Source: an uncultured Pseudomonadales bacterium (GTDB taxonomy: Bacteria; Patescibacteriota; Microgenomatia; UBA1400; UBA1396). From it: 64,000 nt of DNA. The position numbers and the translations under genes were made by a program. This document shows, one piece after another, positions 18,709 to 28,598 of the stretch. The stretch spans positions 4,058 through 68,057 of the forward strand of contig CAZFLN010000006.1 in the NCBI GenBank assembly GCA_964519905.1, written 5' to 3'. The first letter of the stretch is position 1; each line of letters begins with the position of its first letter. The notes under the pieces were generated by a model that did no database searches, was not told the origin of the DNA, and worked only from the letters and a program-made list of their open reading frames with translations.

Positions 18709-19590
18709 GTGATGAAGAAGACCAAAAAAGCATTCGCCCACGGTGTGAATTGGAAATCTCGGCCCATTCAGTTACGGGCAGGTTTCTTAATTCTTGTCCT
18801 CTCGCTCATTCTCTACAAAGCAGTTCCCGGAGTGGTTCGTGCCTACGACGTTCAAAAGGTAAACCAAGCCATTCAGGAAGCCGAGACATTGGCAAAAGCA
18901 GGACAAACCGAGGAAGCTGTATTGGTACTCCAATCTACGTCCTCCCGATACATGACCCAAGAACAGGCGGAGAAAATCACCTCTCAGTTTGGTGAGTTGG
19001 CAAACCCACCGGCCAAAGGTATGAGCTTCGATGATTTCGATCAAATGTTGAAAGATCGAGGAGAACCAGGAATCTTAGGCTCACCTGCGCCAAAACCGTC
19101 ACAGGTACCAAAGCAAATACCAACGCCCTTACCCACAGCGCTTCCAACCGTAAACGCCAATCCACAAGTGCGCTGCTATTACGACAGTCGCTGCGGTGGT
19201 ACGAAGATCACAACCAAAGACGAATGCCTGAATACTACCTGTTGCTATGACGGTTCAACTTGGAACATTAAATCGAAGACGGATTGCCAGAAACAATCGG
19301 ACGAGGCGGCTCAAAAACAACTCGACGCCTGGAATACATCGCAATCCCAGATGCAGGCCGAAATTGAAGCCCTACAGAAGGCCACGGAAACCATTACTCA
19401 ACAAAACGCTCAAACCCAAGCTGAGCTTCTCGAGGCATGTCGACAGCAAGCACAAAAAACCTATGCGCAACCGGCACAAGGGAGTCAAACTTCCACAACT
19501 GGTTACGTTGTTGGTGAATCACCGGAGCAGCGACAAAAGCTTAATCAAGCTATGCAGCGTTGCCTGGATCTGTATGGAGGAGGACAATGA
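18709..19590 (+). CDS. membrane-anchored, Cys-rich, Q-rich secreted protein
   Basis: N-terminal TM (FLILVLSLILY); Pro-rich linker; 8 Cys in 60 aa; divergent from the XRE gene. Confidence 0.45.
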   Translation: MMKKTKKAFAHGVNWKSRPIQLRAGFLILVLSLILYKAVPGVVRAYDVQKVNQAIQEAETLAKAGQTEEAVLVLQSTSSRYMTQEQAEKITSQFGELANPPAKGMSFDDFDQMLKDRGEPGILGSPAPKPSQVPKQIPTPLPTALPTVNANPQVRCYYDSRCGGTKITTKDECLNTTCCYDGSTWNIKSKTDCQKQSDEAAQKQLDAWNTSQSQMQAEIEALQKATETITQQNAQTQAELLEACRQQAQKTYAQPAQGSQTSTTGYVVGESPEQRQKLNQAMQRCLDLYGGGQ

Positions 19591-19826
19591 AAAAGTCGCA
19601 CCTCCTATTCATCGCAGTTGCTCTGTTGGCGTATTATCTGGGATATCGTTCAGGAATCGGCAACCAGGTGGCTCGATATGGCGATACTGGGTTGCCAAAG
19701 AATTGCCGGGCGCTAATTGCCACCAACATCAGTGGTTTTAAGTATAGCCAGTACACCGCAGAGGAAGCGCTTTACTCTATCGACCGTAACTGTGGTCCAG
19801 CTGGGCTTATTTGGAATGAACGATGA
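19587..19826 (+). CDS. small membrane/secreted protein
   Basis: GGAGGAGG RBS then ATG overlapping the upstream stop (ATGA); signal-like MKKSHLLFIAVALLAYYLG. Confidence 0.4.
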   Translation: MKKSHLLFIAVALLAYYLGYRSGIGNQVARYGDTGLPKNCRALIATNISGFKYSQYTAEEALYSIDRNCGPAGLIWNER

Positions 19827-19831
19827 TGCAT

Positions 19832-20596
19832 TCAAGCTATTTTGCCACCGACTTCTTTCCACAATTCTTGTAAACCATTTTTTACTTCTTCTGTCGTTTC
19901 CACTTCATTTGACAAGAGTAAGGCAATTTTCAAACATGCTCCATAGGAAACCATGATGCCCATATGCAAATCCAACTCTGCATAACCGTCGAGTGTGATT
20001 TGTGCCAGGTGGCCAAGAATATCACTGGGTGATGTGTGATTTTTTCTATTACCAGCAATATATATCTTAAAAAGGGTTTGCATTTCGGTTTTAGGGATGA
20101 CTTTCTCCTGAACAAGCCAAGCTACTACTTGTTCCACGCTTTGGCCAGCCCAATTATGGCGGCCATTTTTCAACTTAGCCGGAATGGCATCATATGAGTC
20201 ATTGATCCTTTTTATTTCCTCTGGTTCGATTTCTACACCTGCTGACAGTAAAAAATCCATGTCTTCTTTTTGTTCTACTGCATCAAATTGGATGAATTGC
20301 CGTGAATACGCTTCTTTTCCCTTCTTTTCAATATAAAACATATAGACCATATCCTCTAAAATCCTTCTTGATAGGTCGAGAATAGAGCCGCTGTACACAG
20401 TGCGCAGAGAGGGATCTTCTTCTGCCAGATTGGCCAAAGTGATACTGGTCTGGAGAGTTAAATAATCCTTCCGAAATACCCCCTCAAGGACTCTTCCAAA
20501 GAGGGATTTATACGTGTTTGGTCCTGTTGCCAAGGGGTAGCTAATATCAAGTAGCTGGAGGGATTTTTTACGAAAATCGACTTGTGATTTTTCCAT
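19832..20596 (-). CDS. hypothetical protein
   Basis: 254-aa ORF; no motif recognised. Confidence 0.45.
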   Translation of the reverse strand: MEKSQVDFRKKSLQLLDISYPLATGPNTYKSLFGRVLEGVFRKDYLTLQTSITLANLAEEDPSLRTVYSGSILDLSRRILEDMVYMFYIEKKGKEAYSRQFIQFDAVEQKEDMDFLLSAGVEIEPEEIKRINDSYDAIPAKLKNGRHNWAGQSVEQVVAWLVQEKVIPKTEMQTLFKIYIAGNRKNHTSPSDILGHLAQITLDGYAELDLHMGIMVSYGACLKIALLLSNEVETTEEVKNGLQELWKEVGGKIA

Positions 20597-20640
20597 TGAG
20601 AGGATTATACTCCGGCGTACGGACAGTCAGGTTCAGATAT

Positions 20641-22128
20641 ATGGCAAATTATTGGAGCAACGAGCTTTTAGGAAGGTATGACCCGCAAGATGGTTGGCTT
20701 GGGATTGATTATCGACGGCACTTTCTAAATCCACACCAAACAATGATGACTTACATCCATGAACAAGCCCACGGCATACTTTGCAACGGTACTGAATATG
20801 GGCAGGCAACGAAGACGCTTCTACGATTTCTTCCGCATGCAACAGCAATGTCTGAGGAGCAACGCGCCGCCATCTTTAAGAAACTTCATGATTCACAGTT
20901 TTATGTTCAGGAGGCAGCAGCAACTCTTGCTCCAATTTTTGGGCTGAGAGATGCCAAAGGTCCGGCGGTTGCACGCAAATGGGCCAAAGACAATTTGCCA
21001 GATGATTACTACAACCGTGTTGAGGGGCTTTTTTTTGCGTTGGAATTTGGAGCAAGATACAGAGAACTATTCCTACAACAATCATCGCATTTAGCGATGC
21101 ATACGAAGATTCGTAAAGATGTTGTTGCTTACGATCTACTAAGAAACCCTGAACAATTTATCGACTATTTGTCCCAACCAGATAATATTCCTAGTGACAG
21201 GTTTCAAAAACTTACACAGGCATTTTGGGCTAAGCCCCATCTACCAACTCGCTCAGATGAAGAAGTAGCAAAGCATGCCAACCTACCCCTTTTCGAAATC
21301 TTGACCAAAGATGAAGTCGCAAACTTCCTCAACTATGTTGCAGAGTTTTGTGGACTACCAGTTCGAACTGATGCAACACGCATAAAAGATCCATTGACAC
21401 CAGAAGCTCACGTAAAAGAACTGGCAGAAAACGTTCTTATCGCGAATATGAATTTCAACTTACCTGACCGTGCTATGTGGCTTAAACAAACAGATGATTT
21501 GAAATTTATTTCTGACAAAGTTGATGCGGTTATTATCAACAGAGTCGATCCTTCATCCAACCTCGCTGATAATTTCAAGATTGTTATGGGGCGAGAAGCT
21601 GACCTTGGAATTATTACATTCCAAAAAACGGGCGAAGTATATTTAACAGGTTTGTCTGAAATGGAAGCATCAACAATCCTTAAGCAAGAGTTAAAAAATG
21701 CGACACTTATCACCAAGTGGGGGTTATATGAGCCCGGAAATGAAAACGTTTCTTTCTTCCCAAGTATCCGTCGACCAGATGTAGTTATTTACAACACACT
21801 TGGCGACATGCGCGTGTCAATGCAAAAGTATTTGGAGCAACATGACTGTGTTTGCTTCAATGCCCAAGCTTCTCCAGGAAGCCCGATACATACTTTTGTG
21901 ATCGTAGATCAGAAAGGTACTCTTCATATGTTGAACGCCATGGGAGTTCAACCGATAAACTCCTTTTTGTCTGATAACAAAGAACATCTGCATGTTGTTC
22001 AGCCAGATCAATCAACCGTTAATCCAGCCCACTACAACAATGTCCTTTCTGTTTGGAATGACTTGCCATGGGATGTCGATTGGTATGCCTCCATGCTTGA
22101 TGGTGAAAATGTAATTAATCGCACCTAA
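20641..22128 (+). CDS. HExxH-motif protein (possible metallopeptidase)
   Basis: YIHEQAHGI near the N-terminus; start at MANYWSN within ORF 20584..22128. Confidence 0.5.
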   Translation: MANYWSNELLGRYDPQDGWLGIDYRRHFLNPHQTMMTYIHEQAHGILCNGTEYGQATKTLLRFLPHATAMSEEQRAAIFKKLHDSQFYVQEAAATLAPIFGLRDAKGPAVARKWAKDNLPDDYYNRVEGLFFALEFGARYRELFLQQSSHLAMHTKIRKDVVAYDLLRNPEQFIDYLSQPDNIPSDRFQKLTQAFWAKPHLPTRSDEEVAKHANLPLFEILTKDEVANFLNYVAEFCGLPVRTDATRIKDPLTPEAHVKELAENVLIANMNFNLPDRAMWLKQTDDLKFISDKVDAVIINRVDPSSNLADNFKIVMGREADLGIITFQKTGEVYLTGLSEMEASTILKQELKNATLITKWGLYEPGNENVSFFPSIRRPDVVIYNTLGDMRVSMQKYLEQHDCVCFNAQASPGSPIHTFVIVDQKGTLHMLNAMGVQPINSFLSDNKEHLHVVQPDQSTVNPAHYNNVLSVWNDLPWDVDWYASMLDGENVINRT

Positions 22129-22288
22129 GTTACACTTGTAAGCAATTTTGGTAACAAAATCCTGATTCAGACCCCATTTATTCCAGCAGTTTTTGCGATA
22201 ATTTCTTGTGTTGACAGATCAATCAATTTGCTCGTTTTCATTCCAATTCACACACGGTGTAAATTGACGTATATATCAATCTTTTCTG

Positions 22289-22318
22289 TTGACACCAATG
22301 GTATGCGGATGGTTATAT
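22289..22318 (+). promoter_or_regulatory. sigma70-like promoter (TTGACA-18-TTATAT) for the small-ORF/recombinase operon
   Basis: ttgaca 22289-22294, 18-nt spacer, ttatat 22313-22318. Confidence 0.45.
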
Positions 22319-22337
22319 TCGGACTAGGAAATCTACC

Positions 22338-22496
22338 GTGACCATCGCAAAAGCAAGAAAATTACTGGGAAAATCGGCGGAGCTGCTGACTGATGAACAG
22401 GTGCAGCTCAAAATTGACGTGGCTGAGCAGCTGAAGGAGTTGTTCTTTGATTTTTTGCTCAAGAGTTTAAGACAGAAAAAGGCATACCAATCTTGA
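22338..22496 (+). CDS. 52-aa small protein (GTG start) upstream of the serine recombinase; homolog of 62859..63044
   Basis: AGGAAA 6 nt upstream of GTG; IAKARKLLGKSAELLTDEQVQLKIDVAEQLKEL aligns with IEKAQAILRKSKHSFSDDQTERLIDVMEKFSSAI. Confidence 0.4.
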   Translation: MTIAKARKLLGKSAELLTDEQVQLKIDVAEQLKELFFDFLLKSLRQKKAYQS

Positions 22497-22503
22497 GGAA
22501 ACT

Positions 22504-24048
22504 ATGAAATACTTGGGTCCGATGCGAAAAAGAGTTGTTATATACATCCGAGTATCAGACCCTGGTCAAATCGATAACAATAGCCTTGAAACTCAAGAGA
22601 AATACTGTCGTAAAAAAGCCAGTGAAATGGGCGCTGAAGTTGTTGAGATATTTCGAGAGGAAGGTGTCTCTGCAAAGACAATTGACAAAAGGCCGGAACT
22701 GAGGCGACTTCTACAGTTTTGTAGCCTCAAAAAGAATGATATTCAAGCAGTTATTGTGTATAGACTGGACAGGTGGTCGAGAAATGTAACCGATGCATTG
22801 CAGGCAAAGTTTCTCCTTGCCAAGTATGGTGTTCAGCTTATTTCGGCAACTGAAGGCATAACAGACGATCCTCAAGGCGAATTTCTTGGAACGATCACTT
22901 TCGCTATGGCTCAGCTCGACAATCAACTCAAGGCCGCACGCGTCTCAGATAACATGAAGACTATGTTTCGAAATGGTTTGTGGCCATGGAAGGTCCCACC
23001 TGGTTATAAACGTCCATTCAAAACCAAAGAGGAAAGCAAAGGTAAACCAGCCATAATCGACCCCGACATCGGTCCAATTCTTCATGAGCTGTTTGTTGAG
23101 GCATCCAAAGGGATTTTTTCCAGGAAACAACTTGCTGAAAAGACAAATTTACTTGGATACGCGGATTTCAAAGGGAGGAAAATCAATGAAAAGGTAATCG
23201 TTGACATTCTTTCTGACACCTTTTACCACGGGCTTATGCATGCGCCGAGATGGGATGAGTACGCTGTCGGTTTGCATGAACCCCTGATTGATGAACTCAC
23301 TTGGAAAAAGGCGTATGCTTCAGTAATTAAGAAGCGAAAATATATGTATCAAGATACTGTGGATTACCCACTCAAGGGCACGATCAAGTGTGAGCTTTGT
23401 GACCACTTCATGACCTCGAGCAATCCCAGAGGGCGGACCAAGAACTACAAGCATTACGAATGTGGGAATCCAAAATGCCGTCGGTCACGTATCCTGGCGT
23501 CTTCAGCACATGAGCAGTTTGCATCCATTCTTTCCCGGGTCAAACCCGCTCCAGACGTCATGGTGTTGTTTACGGATATGGTATTTTCCGAATGGGATTC
23601 AGTGGTGAGTACCGTTGCGACACTCACTCAAACATTGGACAAGAGAATTGCCGACCAAAAAAAAGAACTCGATAGGATCAGTAGGTCTTGTGACCGAGGT
23701 ATATATACAGAGGCTGAGGCCAAGGAAAAAGCTGATGAAGTACGTCGAGAAATCACTATCTTGGAGGTTGAAAAAACTGACTCAGTGATAGCTGGATACG
23801 ATGCCAAGATCGTCAAGGCGTTTACCGAAAGATTCCTTGAACACTTTGACGAACTATGGAAACAACTTGATCTGCCCAAGCAGCAAGCTCTCCAGGTGAA
23901 AATATTTCCCAACGGTATCTTGTGTGACAAAAACAAGAATATTCGAACCGCAGAAATGAGCGAATGCTTCCAGCTAATTGAGGCTCTTGGAAGCGAAAAT
24001 GTCGAAAATGTGACCCCACGGAGATTCGAACTCCGGTTACCAGGATGA
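22504..24048 (+). CDS. large serine recombinase (integrase)
   Basis: VVIYIRVSDPGQ resolvase catalytic Ser region plus recombinase domain plus Cys-rich zinc-ribbon (CELCDHF...CGNPKC) plus coiled coil; last 38 nt overlap the tRNA-Glu gene. Confidence 0.85.
   Translation: MKYLGPMRKRVVIYIRVSDPGQIDNNSLETQEKYCRKKASEMGAEVVEIFREEGVSAKTIDKRPELRRLLQFCSLKKNDIQAVIVYRLDRWSRNVTDALQAKFLLAKYGVQLISATEGITDDPQGEFLGTITFAMAQLDNQLKAARVSDNMKTMFRNGLWPWKVPPGYKRPFKTKEESKGKPAIIDPDIGPILHELFVEASKGIFSRKQLAEKTNLLGYADFKGRKINEKVIVDILSDTFYHGLMHAPRWDEYAVGLHEPLIDELTWKKAYASVIKKRKYMYQDTVDYPLKGTIKCELCDHFMTSSNPRGRTKNYKHYECGNPKCRRSRILASSAHEQFASILSRVKPAPDVMVLFTDMVFSEWDSVVSTVATLTQTLDKRIADQKKELDRISRSCDRGIYTEAEAKEKADEVRREITILEVEKTDSVIAGYDAKIVKAFTERFLEHFDELWKQLDLPKQQALQVKIFPNGILCDKNKNIRTAEMSECFQLIEALGSENVENVTPRRFELRLPG
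24009..24027. repeat. attR: 19-bp direct repeat (tRNA-Glu 3' end)
   Basis: identical to 13874-13892. Confidence 0.8.
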
Positions 24049-24083
24049 GAACCTGGCGTCCTAGGCCTCTAGACGATGGGGCC
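24011..24083 (-). tRNA. tRNA-Glu (anticodon CTC)
   Basis: reverse complement folds as GGCCCCA acceptor, GTCTAGAGGCCTAGGAC D-arm, CCAGG-TTCTCAT-CCTGG anticodon arm, CGGAG-TTCGAAT-CTCCG T-arm, discriminator A; CCA not encoded. Confidence 0.85.
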
Positions 24084-24238
24084 GCGTGTGGCGCGGGAGC
24101 AATTGCTCAGACCAGACAGGATTGAATTATATCGCATCAGAGAAGGAATGTGAATTCAGGCTTTTTCCAAGATTTGAGAATTTTTGCAAGCATTTTGTTT
24201 GATTCATTTGCGATAGTGCTGGAAACAAAAGGAGGCAC

Positions 24239-24856
24239 TTGTCCAAATTCCTTACAAAATCGTTGATTCTGGGAGCAGCGTCGGTGGCGTTCTATTCATT
24301 GGTAGCAACAACGGCGCTGGCATTATTTCTGCCACAGGCCCGCGTAGAAACACTCACGTTCAGAACTGCCAAGCTGGCACTTTCGGTTTCGTCTGATCAG
24401 TCTGCTTTGCCCAATACTGCCAGTTTCCAGACAGAAGTAGCGTTTCCAGCACTCTCTTCACTCATTCCTGGCACTGAGCACGAGACGTATTTTTGGGTAA
24501 GAAACGACTCGAATCCAGTTCACACACTCCAGCTCGCTGGACAGTTCTTGTCAGGAGATCAAGCTTGGGATACGTTGCAACATCTCATAGAAGTGCAAAT
24601 TCGTGATATGTCTTCTCAACAAGTTGGCGAGTGGATGTCGCTGCATGAATGGACGAATCAAACGCATCAGTTTCCAGGAGATAAGCTTAATGATAATCAA
24701 CCGAAGCGCTACGTGTTCGCGTATCGATTGCTAGAAAACTATCCCTTGGATCCCGATGGGGATGGCCCCTTGCAAGTTGGCAGTCCGATTGGGAATGAGC
24801 TGATGAGTCAAGAAACTGCTGGAGTCGTTTTCGAGATTGATGGGAGTGTGCAATGA
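24239..24856 (+). CDS. secreted protein with signal peptide (possibly TasA/camelysin-like)
   Basis: N-terminal signal LILGAASVAFYSLVATTALA; the family call is weak. Confidence 0.45.
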   Translation: MSKFLTKSLILGAASVAFYSLVATTALALFLPQARVETLTFRTAKLALSVSSDQSALPNTASFQTEVAFPALSSLIPGTEHETYFWVRNDSNPVHTLQLAGQFLSGDQAWDTLQHLIEVQIRDMSSQQVGEWMSLHEWTNQTHQFPGDKLNDNQPKRYVFAYRLLENYPLDPDGDGPLQVGSPIGNELMSQETAGVVFEIDGSVQ

Positions 24857-25071
24857 ACTCATTCTCTTGGATTCTTCTCGGTTTTCTAAGTATCTGGGTT
24901 ACAACTCTGAGTGCGGCACTTTTATCAAGTAAAGTGTTGCTTACAGCACTGCCAAATTCTCTGGATTCTTTACAAAATGCAACAGTCTTTGCAGGTGTCA
25001 TTGGAATCCCGACTCTTTTGTGCGTCTTGATTCAACTGTGGCAGGTACGACATGTGGAAATGGCTCGATAG
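24853..25071 (+). CDS. 72-aa two-helix membrane protein
   Basis: ATGA overlap with the upstream stop; two hydrophobic segments. Confidence 0.35.
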   Translation: MNSFSWILLGFLSIWVTTLSAALLSSKVLLTALPNSLDSLQNATVFAGVIGIPTLLCVLIQLWQVRHVEMAR

Positions 25072-26359
25072 TCGATTTTTCTGGTACTGCTTGTGGGCGA
25101 CTGCTGCTTGGGTTGTCGTAAGTCTTTGGGGAGTAATGCAAGTTGGCGCGGTGTGGAGGCCACACCGCGCCAGACTCTCCGCCTTTACGTTTCGAGTTGG
25201 CGAGGCACCTGGTTTTCAATCTTTGGACTTTTCTTTACCCGCTCCACAGGACTCAATCTGCGAACCTGTTGGACTTACCCTTTTTTGGGAAGATTCAAGC
25301 CTGCAGATTCAAGAAACAGGTGGAGTTGTAAAATTTTCTCATCCAGAAAACAAAGACACGATTCGGTTTTCCATTCAAAAGCAGGCAGGTCAATTGTGTG
25401 AAGATCGAACACAGCTTGTTTTTACCTCTCCAACATTTCTGGAAAGAACACTCCCTTGGTGGGGAGCAGCATTTTCACTGCATGCAGGTGATATGAATTC
25501 TGAACCGCAGCACGCAATAGAACTTTTCCACACTCCAACAGAAGTTATTTGGTTCGCGCCGGAAGAATTTCTAGAAGTGTCTCTGCATTTGCAGCTTGCT
25601 GTGCCGGATGATACCCCTCTTGTGTCACTCCCTTTGCTCCATTCCTGGTGGCAAGGAAATCCTGCTTCAGAATTTTGTCACAATTTTGTCTCCGTATTTT
25701 TCCCACAGAGTTCTTGTTCCACTGGTTGGTGGAAAATTTGGCAAGCTCCAGAACTTCAACACGAAAATTTGGCAGAATATTCTTCACCAACACCCGGCCA
25801 AGTAGTTATTAGTGAGGTGAACTGGGCAGGTTCGTTTACCGATGCAGCGAATCTCAGCACTGACGAATGGATCGAGCTTACGAACTTGTCTGCTGAACCA
25901 GTTTCATTGCACGGAGTCTCGTTGGCGGGAGCCGGTGTAAATGGCGAAGCGTTATTAATTCCTTCTCCACTTATATTGGCACCCTATCGTCAGGTTGTTC
26001 TGTCCCGGCTGTCAGCCACCCAGTCTCAGCTTAAAGATGCGCCTGATCTCGTCTTGCCGGCCATGCGAATTTCCAATTCGAATGCGCACATACTTCTTAT
26101 TGCAGAGAGCGGAGAAATACTCGATCAAACACCCACTGGTCCTTGGCAAGTCGGAGTGAATCAAACGAGTGGTCATGCGCAGCGAGCTTCTGCACAGCGT
26201 TGGTTAAATGCGCCCGATGGCACCCAGTGGGCGGCTTGGTTTGATTGTGTTGTGATTTCCGACACTTGGTGCCAGGCACAATCTCAAAACTCTCTCCATT
26301 TTGGCGCACAAAAAAATTGGGGAAGTCCACGTCGACTTTCGCCATTCATTCCGAATTAA
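25052..26359 (+). CDS. membrane-anchored lamin-tail-domain (LTD) protein
   Basis: N-terminal TM; [43 protein letters not shown] matches the LTD signature. Confidence 0.55.
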   Translation: MWKWLDSRFFWYCLWATAAWVVVSLWGVMQVGAVWRPHRARLSAFTFRVGEAPGFQSLDFSLPAPQDSICEPVGLTLFWEDSSLQIQETGGVVKFSHPENKDTIRFSIQKQAGQLCEDRTQLVFTSPTFLERTLPWWGAAFSLHAGDMNSEPQHAIELFHTPTEVIWFAPEEFLEVSLHLQLAVPDDTPLVSLPLLHSWWQGNPASEFCHNFVSVFFPQSSCSTGWWKIWQAPELQHENLAEYSSPTPGQVVISEVNWAGSFTDAANLSTDEWIELTNLSAEPVSLHGVSLAGAGVNGEALLIPSPLILAPYRQVVLSRLSATQSQLKDAPDLVLPAMRISNSNAHILLIAESGEILDQTPTGPWQVGVNQTSGHAQRASAQRWLNAPDGTQWAAWFDCVVISDTWCQAQSQNSLHFGAQKNWGSPRRLSPFIPN

Positions 26360-26385
26360 GCCAACGTGTGATACTCTATGACCAT

Positions 26386-27114
26386 ATGAAGGGTATTATT
26401 CTCGCCGGAGGTTCTGGCACACGATTGCGACCATTGACCAAGATCACCAGCAAGCAGTTGCTGCCGATCTACAACAAACCAATGGTGTACTATCCGTTAG
26501 AAACGCTCCGCCAGGCAGGAATTGAAGATATTCTTATTATCATTGCCCCGGATCACGCAGGAGATTTTTTGAATCTTCTCGGCAGTGGACGAGAGTTTGG
26601 TTGTGACTTCACCTACGAAATTCAAGACAAGCCAGAAGGCTTGGCTCAGGCCTTTTTGATTGGTGAAAAATTCATCGGTGATGACTCTGTCACGATGGTT
26701 TTAGGTGACAACCTTTATGAGGACGATTTCTCTGAAGCAATCCAGACATTTCAGTCTGGGGCACGTGTGTTTGCCAAAGAAGTTTCCGATCCTGAACGCT
26801 TTGGTGTTGTAGAGTTCGATGAAAATCGTCGCGCTATCTCAATCGAAGAAAAGCCCGCGCAGCCAAAATCCAATCGTGCTGTTACCGGTCTCTATATTTA
26901 TGACAACACTGTGGTGCAGAAGGCTCGATCTTTGCAACCAAGTGCTCGCGGAGAGCTCGAAATTACTGACTTAAACAACTTGTATCTGCAGGAAGGTACA
27001 CTCGACGTGGCTTTGGTAGAAGGTCGTTGGTTTGATACTGGTACGTTTGAGTCATGGTTTGAGGCAACATCTTTTGCTCGTGATCGAGAGCTATCTCGAG
27101 CTGGGCAAGTCTAA
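26386..27114 (+). CDS. rfbA: glucose-1-phosphate thymidylyltransferase
   Basis: [18 protein letters not shown]...[16 protein letters not shown] and downstream sugar-nucleotidyltransferase motifs. Confidence 0.85.
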   Translation: MKGIILAGGSGTRLRPLTKITSKQLLPIYNKPMVYYPLETLRQAGIEDILIIIAPDHAGDFLNLLGSGREFGCDFTYEIQDKPEGLAQAFLIGEKFIGDDSVTMVLGDNLYEDDFSEAIQTFQSGARVFAKEVSDPERFGVVEFDENRRAISIEEKPAQPKSNRAVTGLYIYDNTVVQKARSLQPSARGELEITDLNNLYLQEGTLDVALVEGRWFDTGTFESWFEATSFARDRELSRAGQV

Positions 27115-27180
27115 GATTGCATACAACCCTCTCAGAACTCTGCTCGGACAAGCAAGAAAAATTTTGTTACACTAAGCCAT

Positions 27181-28098
27181 ATGACGTTCCGTGGAACATC
27201 GCTCGTTATTTTTTCATTGGTGGTGTTTTTGGGAACAGGTTTTTTTCTCTTGTTTCACTCTCCCATTCGAGCTCAAGAAACGCAGCTTGAATTTTCAGAA
27301 GCAAGTTTAGTCCCAGAATCAGAACTCGAAACAGAGCCAGAATTTTCAGCGAGTTCTTCTGATTTGTCAGTCACTCCAGAAGCTATTCAAGCAGCAACCA
27401 CTCGTTACTTTGCAGCGGTGGAAACATATCGGATTGAAGAAAATCGGTACAATCTTGCTCGAGATCAATACTATCAGCTCAACACACTTACAGCACTCGA
27501 TGAAGCGATTCGCCGAAGTAAAGAGGTTTTGCGCGCTCGTTCTGAGGTGTTACACGCCTATTTTTCGTATCTGAGATTGATTTTGGAAAACACCAAGGGA
27601 ATCGAGATTAACGATAAAATTAATGCTGATCTTGATTTAGTTCGACTTCAAGAAGACCTGGAAACGTATGTGCTCCTGATTCCCAATGCGCAAGATCGAC
27701 AGCAAGTGAACGTTTTATTTGAGAACTTGAATTCACGATCACGCGAGATTCAAAGCGCTGCGTATGGCACGCTCATGCTGATTAAAATTGGAGAAATTCA
27801 AACAGCTGCTGACACAGCTGGAATTCTCCAGCAGCGGACGCAGTCCGCCATTGAACAATCCGAAACACTTTCGGCAGCTGAAGTGGAGATATCAACTCGA
27901 GGAATGAGTGAGATTTCACTGCTCTTGCAACGAGCTAACAACAATACATTCACGCTACTTGAAAATTATCGGCAACAGAAGAGCCGAGGAAATTTTTCTG
28001 AGTCCGGGTATCGCTCCTTCCAGTCGAATGCCGAATTCAGCTACTTACAACTGCGGCAGGTTGTAGATTACCTCCGGGAAATTCAGCAAGGACTCTAA
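27181..28098 (+). CDS. signal-peptide/TM protein with coiled-coil region; unknown function
   Basis: hydrophobic N-terminus then helical, charged sequence. Confidence 0.45.
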   Translation: MTFRGTSLVIFSLVVFLGTGFFLLFHSPIRAQETQLEFSEASLVPESELETEPEFSASSSDLSVTPEAIQAATTRYFAAVETYRIEENRYNLARDQYYQLNTLTALDEAIRRSKEVLRARSEVLHAYFSYLRLILENTKGIEINDKINADLDLVRLQEDLETYVLLIPNAQDRQQVNVLFENLNSRSREIQSAAYGTLMLIKIGEIQTAADTAGILQQRTQSAIEQSETLSAAEVEISTRGMSEISLLLQRANNNTFTLLENYRQQKSRGNFSESGYRSFQSNAEFSYLQLRQVVDYLREIQQGL

Positions 28099-28596
28099 AT
28101 GACGACACTTTTTTCTAGTCAAGCCCGCCAGAAATCTCGAGAAGCTTTATTGGCTCGCAGCGAGAATCAAGATACCTTGACCACTGAGTCCAATGAAGCG
28201 AATGAAATTCCTTTCGATACTCAGCAAACACAGTTTTCTGAGGACGTGATTATCTCTCAGCCAGACAAACCGATTCTTCCTGGGACGGAGCCAGTTGCAG
28301 AAACTGGTTTTTCTCAAAAAAAATATCTAACACTTGCTGGCTTGGTAACCGGTATCTTGGTGGTATTAACTTTGGGAATACTCTTCCGTCGTCCAGGTGG
28401 AAATCAGCAAAATCCAATCATTCTTCCTGGAGCTCAAACAGCCAGTTCACCAGAACTGTCAGCTTTACAGCGTGAGCTTGTGCTCCTTGAAAAAGATGTT
28501 GAAGCGGCTGATCCACTTCAAGCAAAGTTAGCTTTTCCACCAGTGAACTTTGAACTTCAACTGGAAGATGCGAACGTACGCCAACAGCGTCGCTAA
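28099..28596 (+). CDS. single-pass membrane protein; unknown function
   Basis: ATG abuts the upstream stop; TM LAGLVTGILVVLTLGILF. Confidence 0.4.
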   Translation: MTTLFSSQARQKSREALLARSENQDTLTTESNEANEIPFDTQQTQFSEDVIISQPDKPILPGTEPVAETGFSQKKYLTLAGLVTGILVVLTLGILFRRPGGNQQNPIILPGAQTASSPELSALQRELVLLEKDVEAADPLQAKLAFPPVNFELQLEDANVRQQRR

Positions 28597-28598
28597 GT

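Larger units (their letters stand above)
13874..24027. mobile_element. approximately 10.15-kb integrated element in tRNA-Glu (serine-recombinase type; satellite-like gene set)
   Basis: bounded by exact 19-bp direct repeats, one being the tRNA 3' end; recombinase gene is adjacent to and overlaps the tRNA; XRE plus TerS-like genes inside. Confidence 0.75.
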
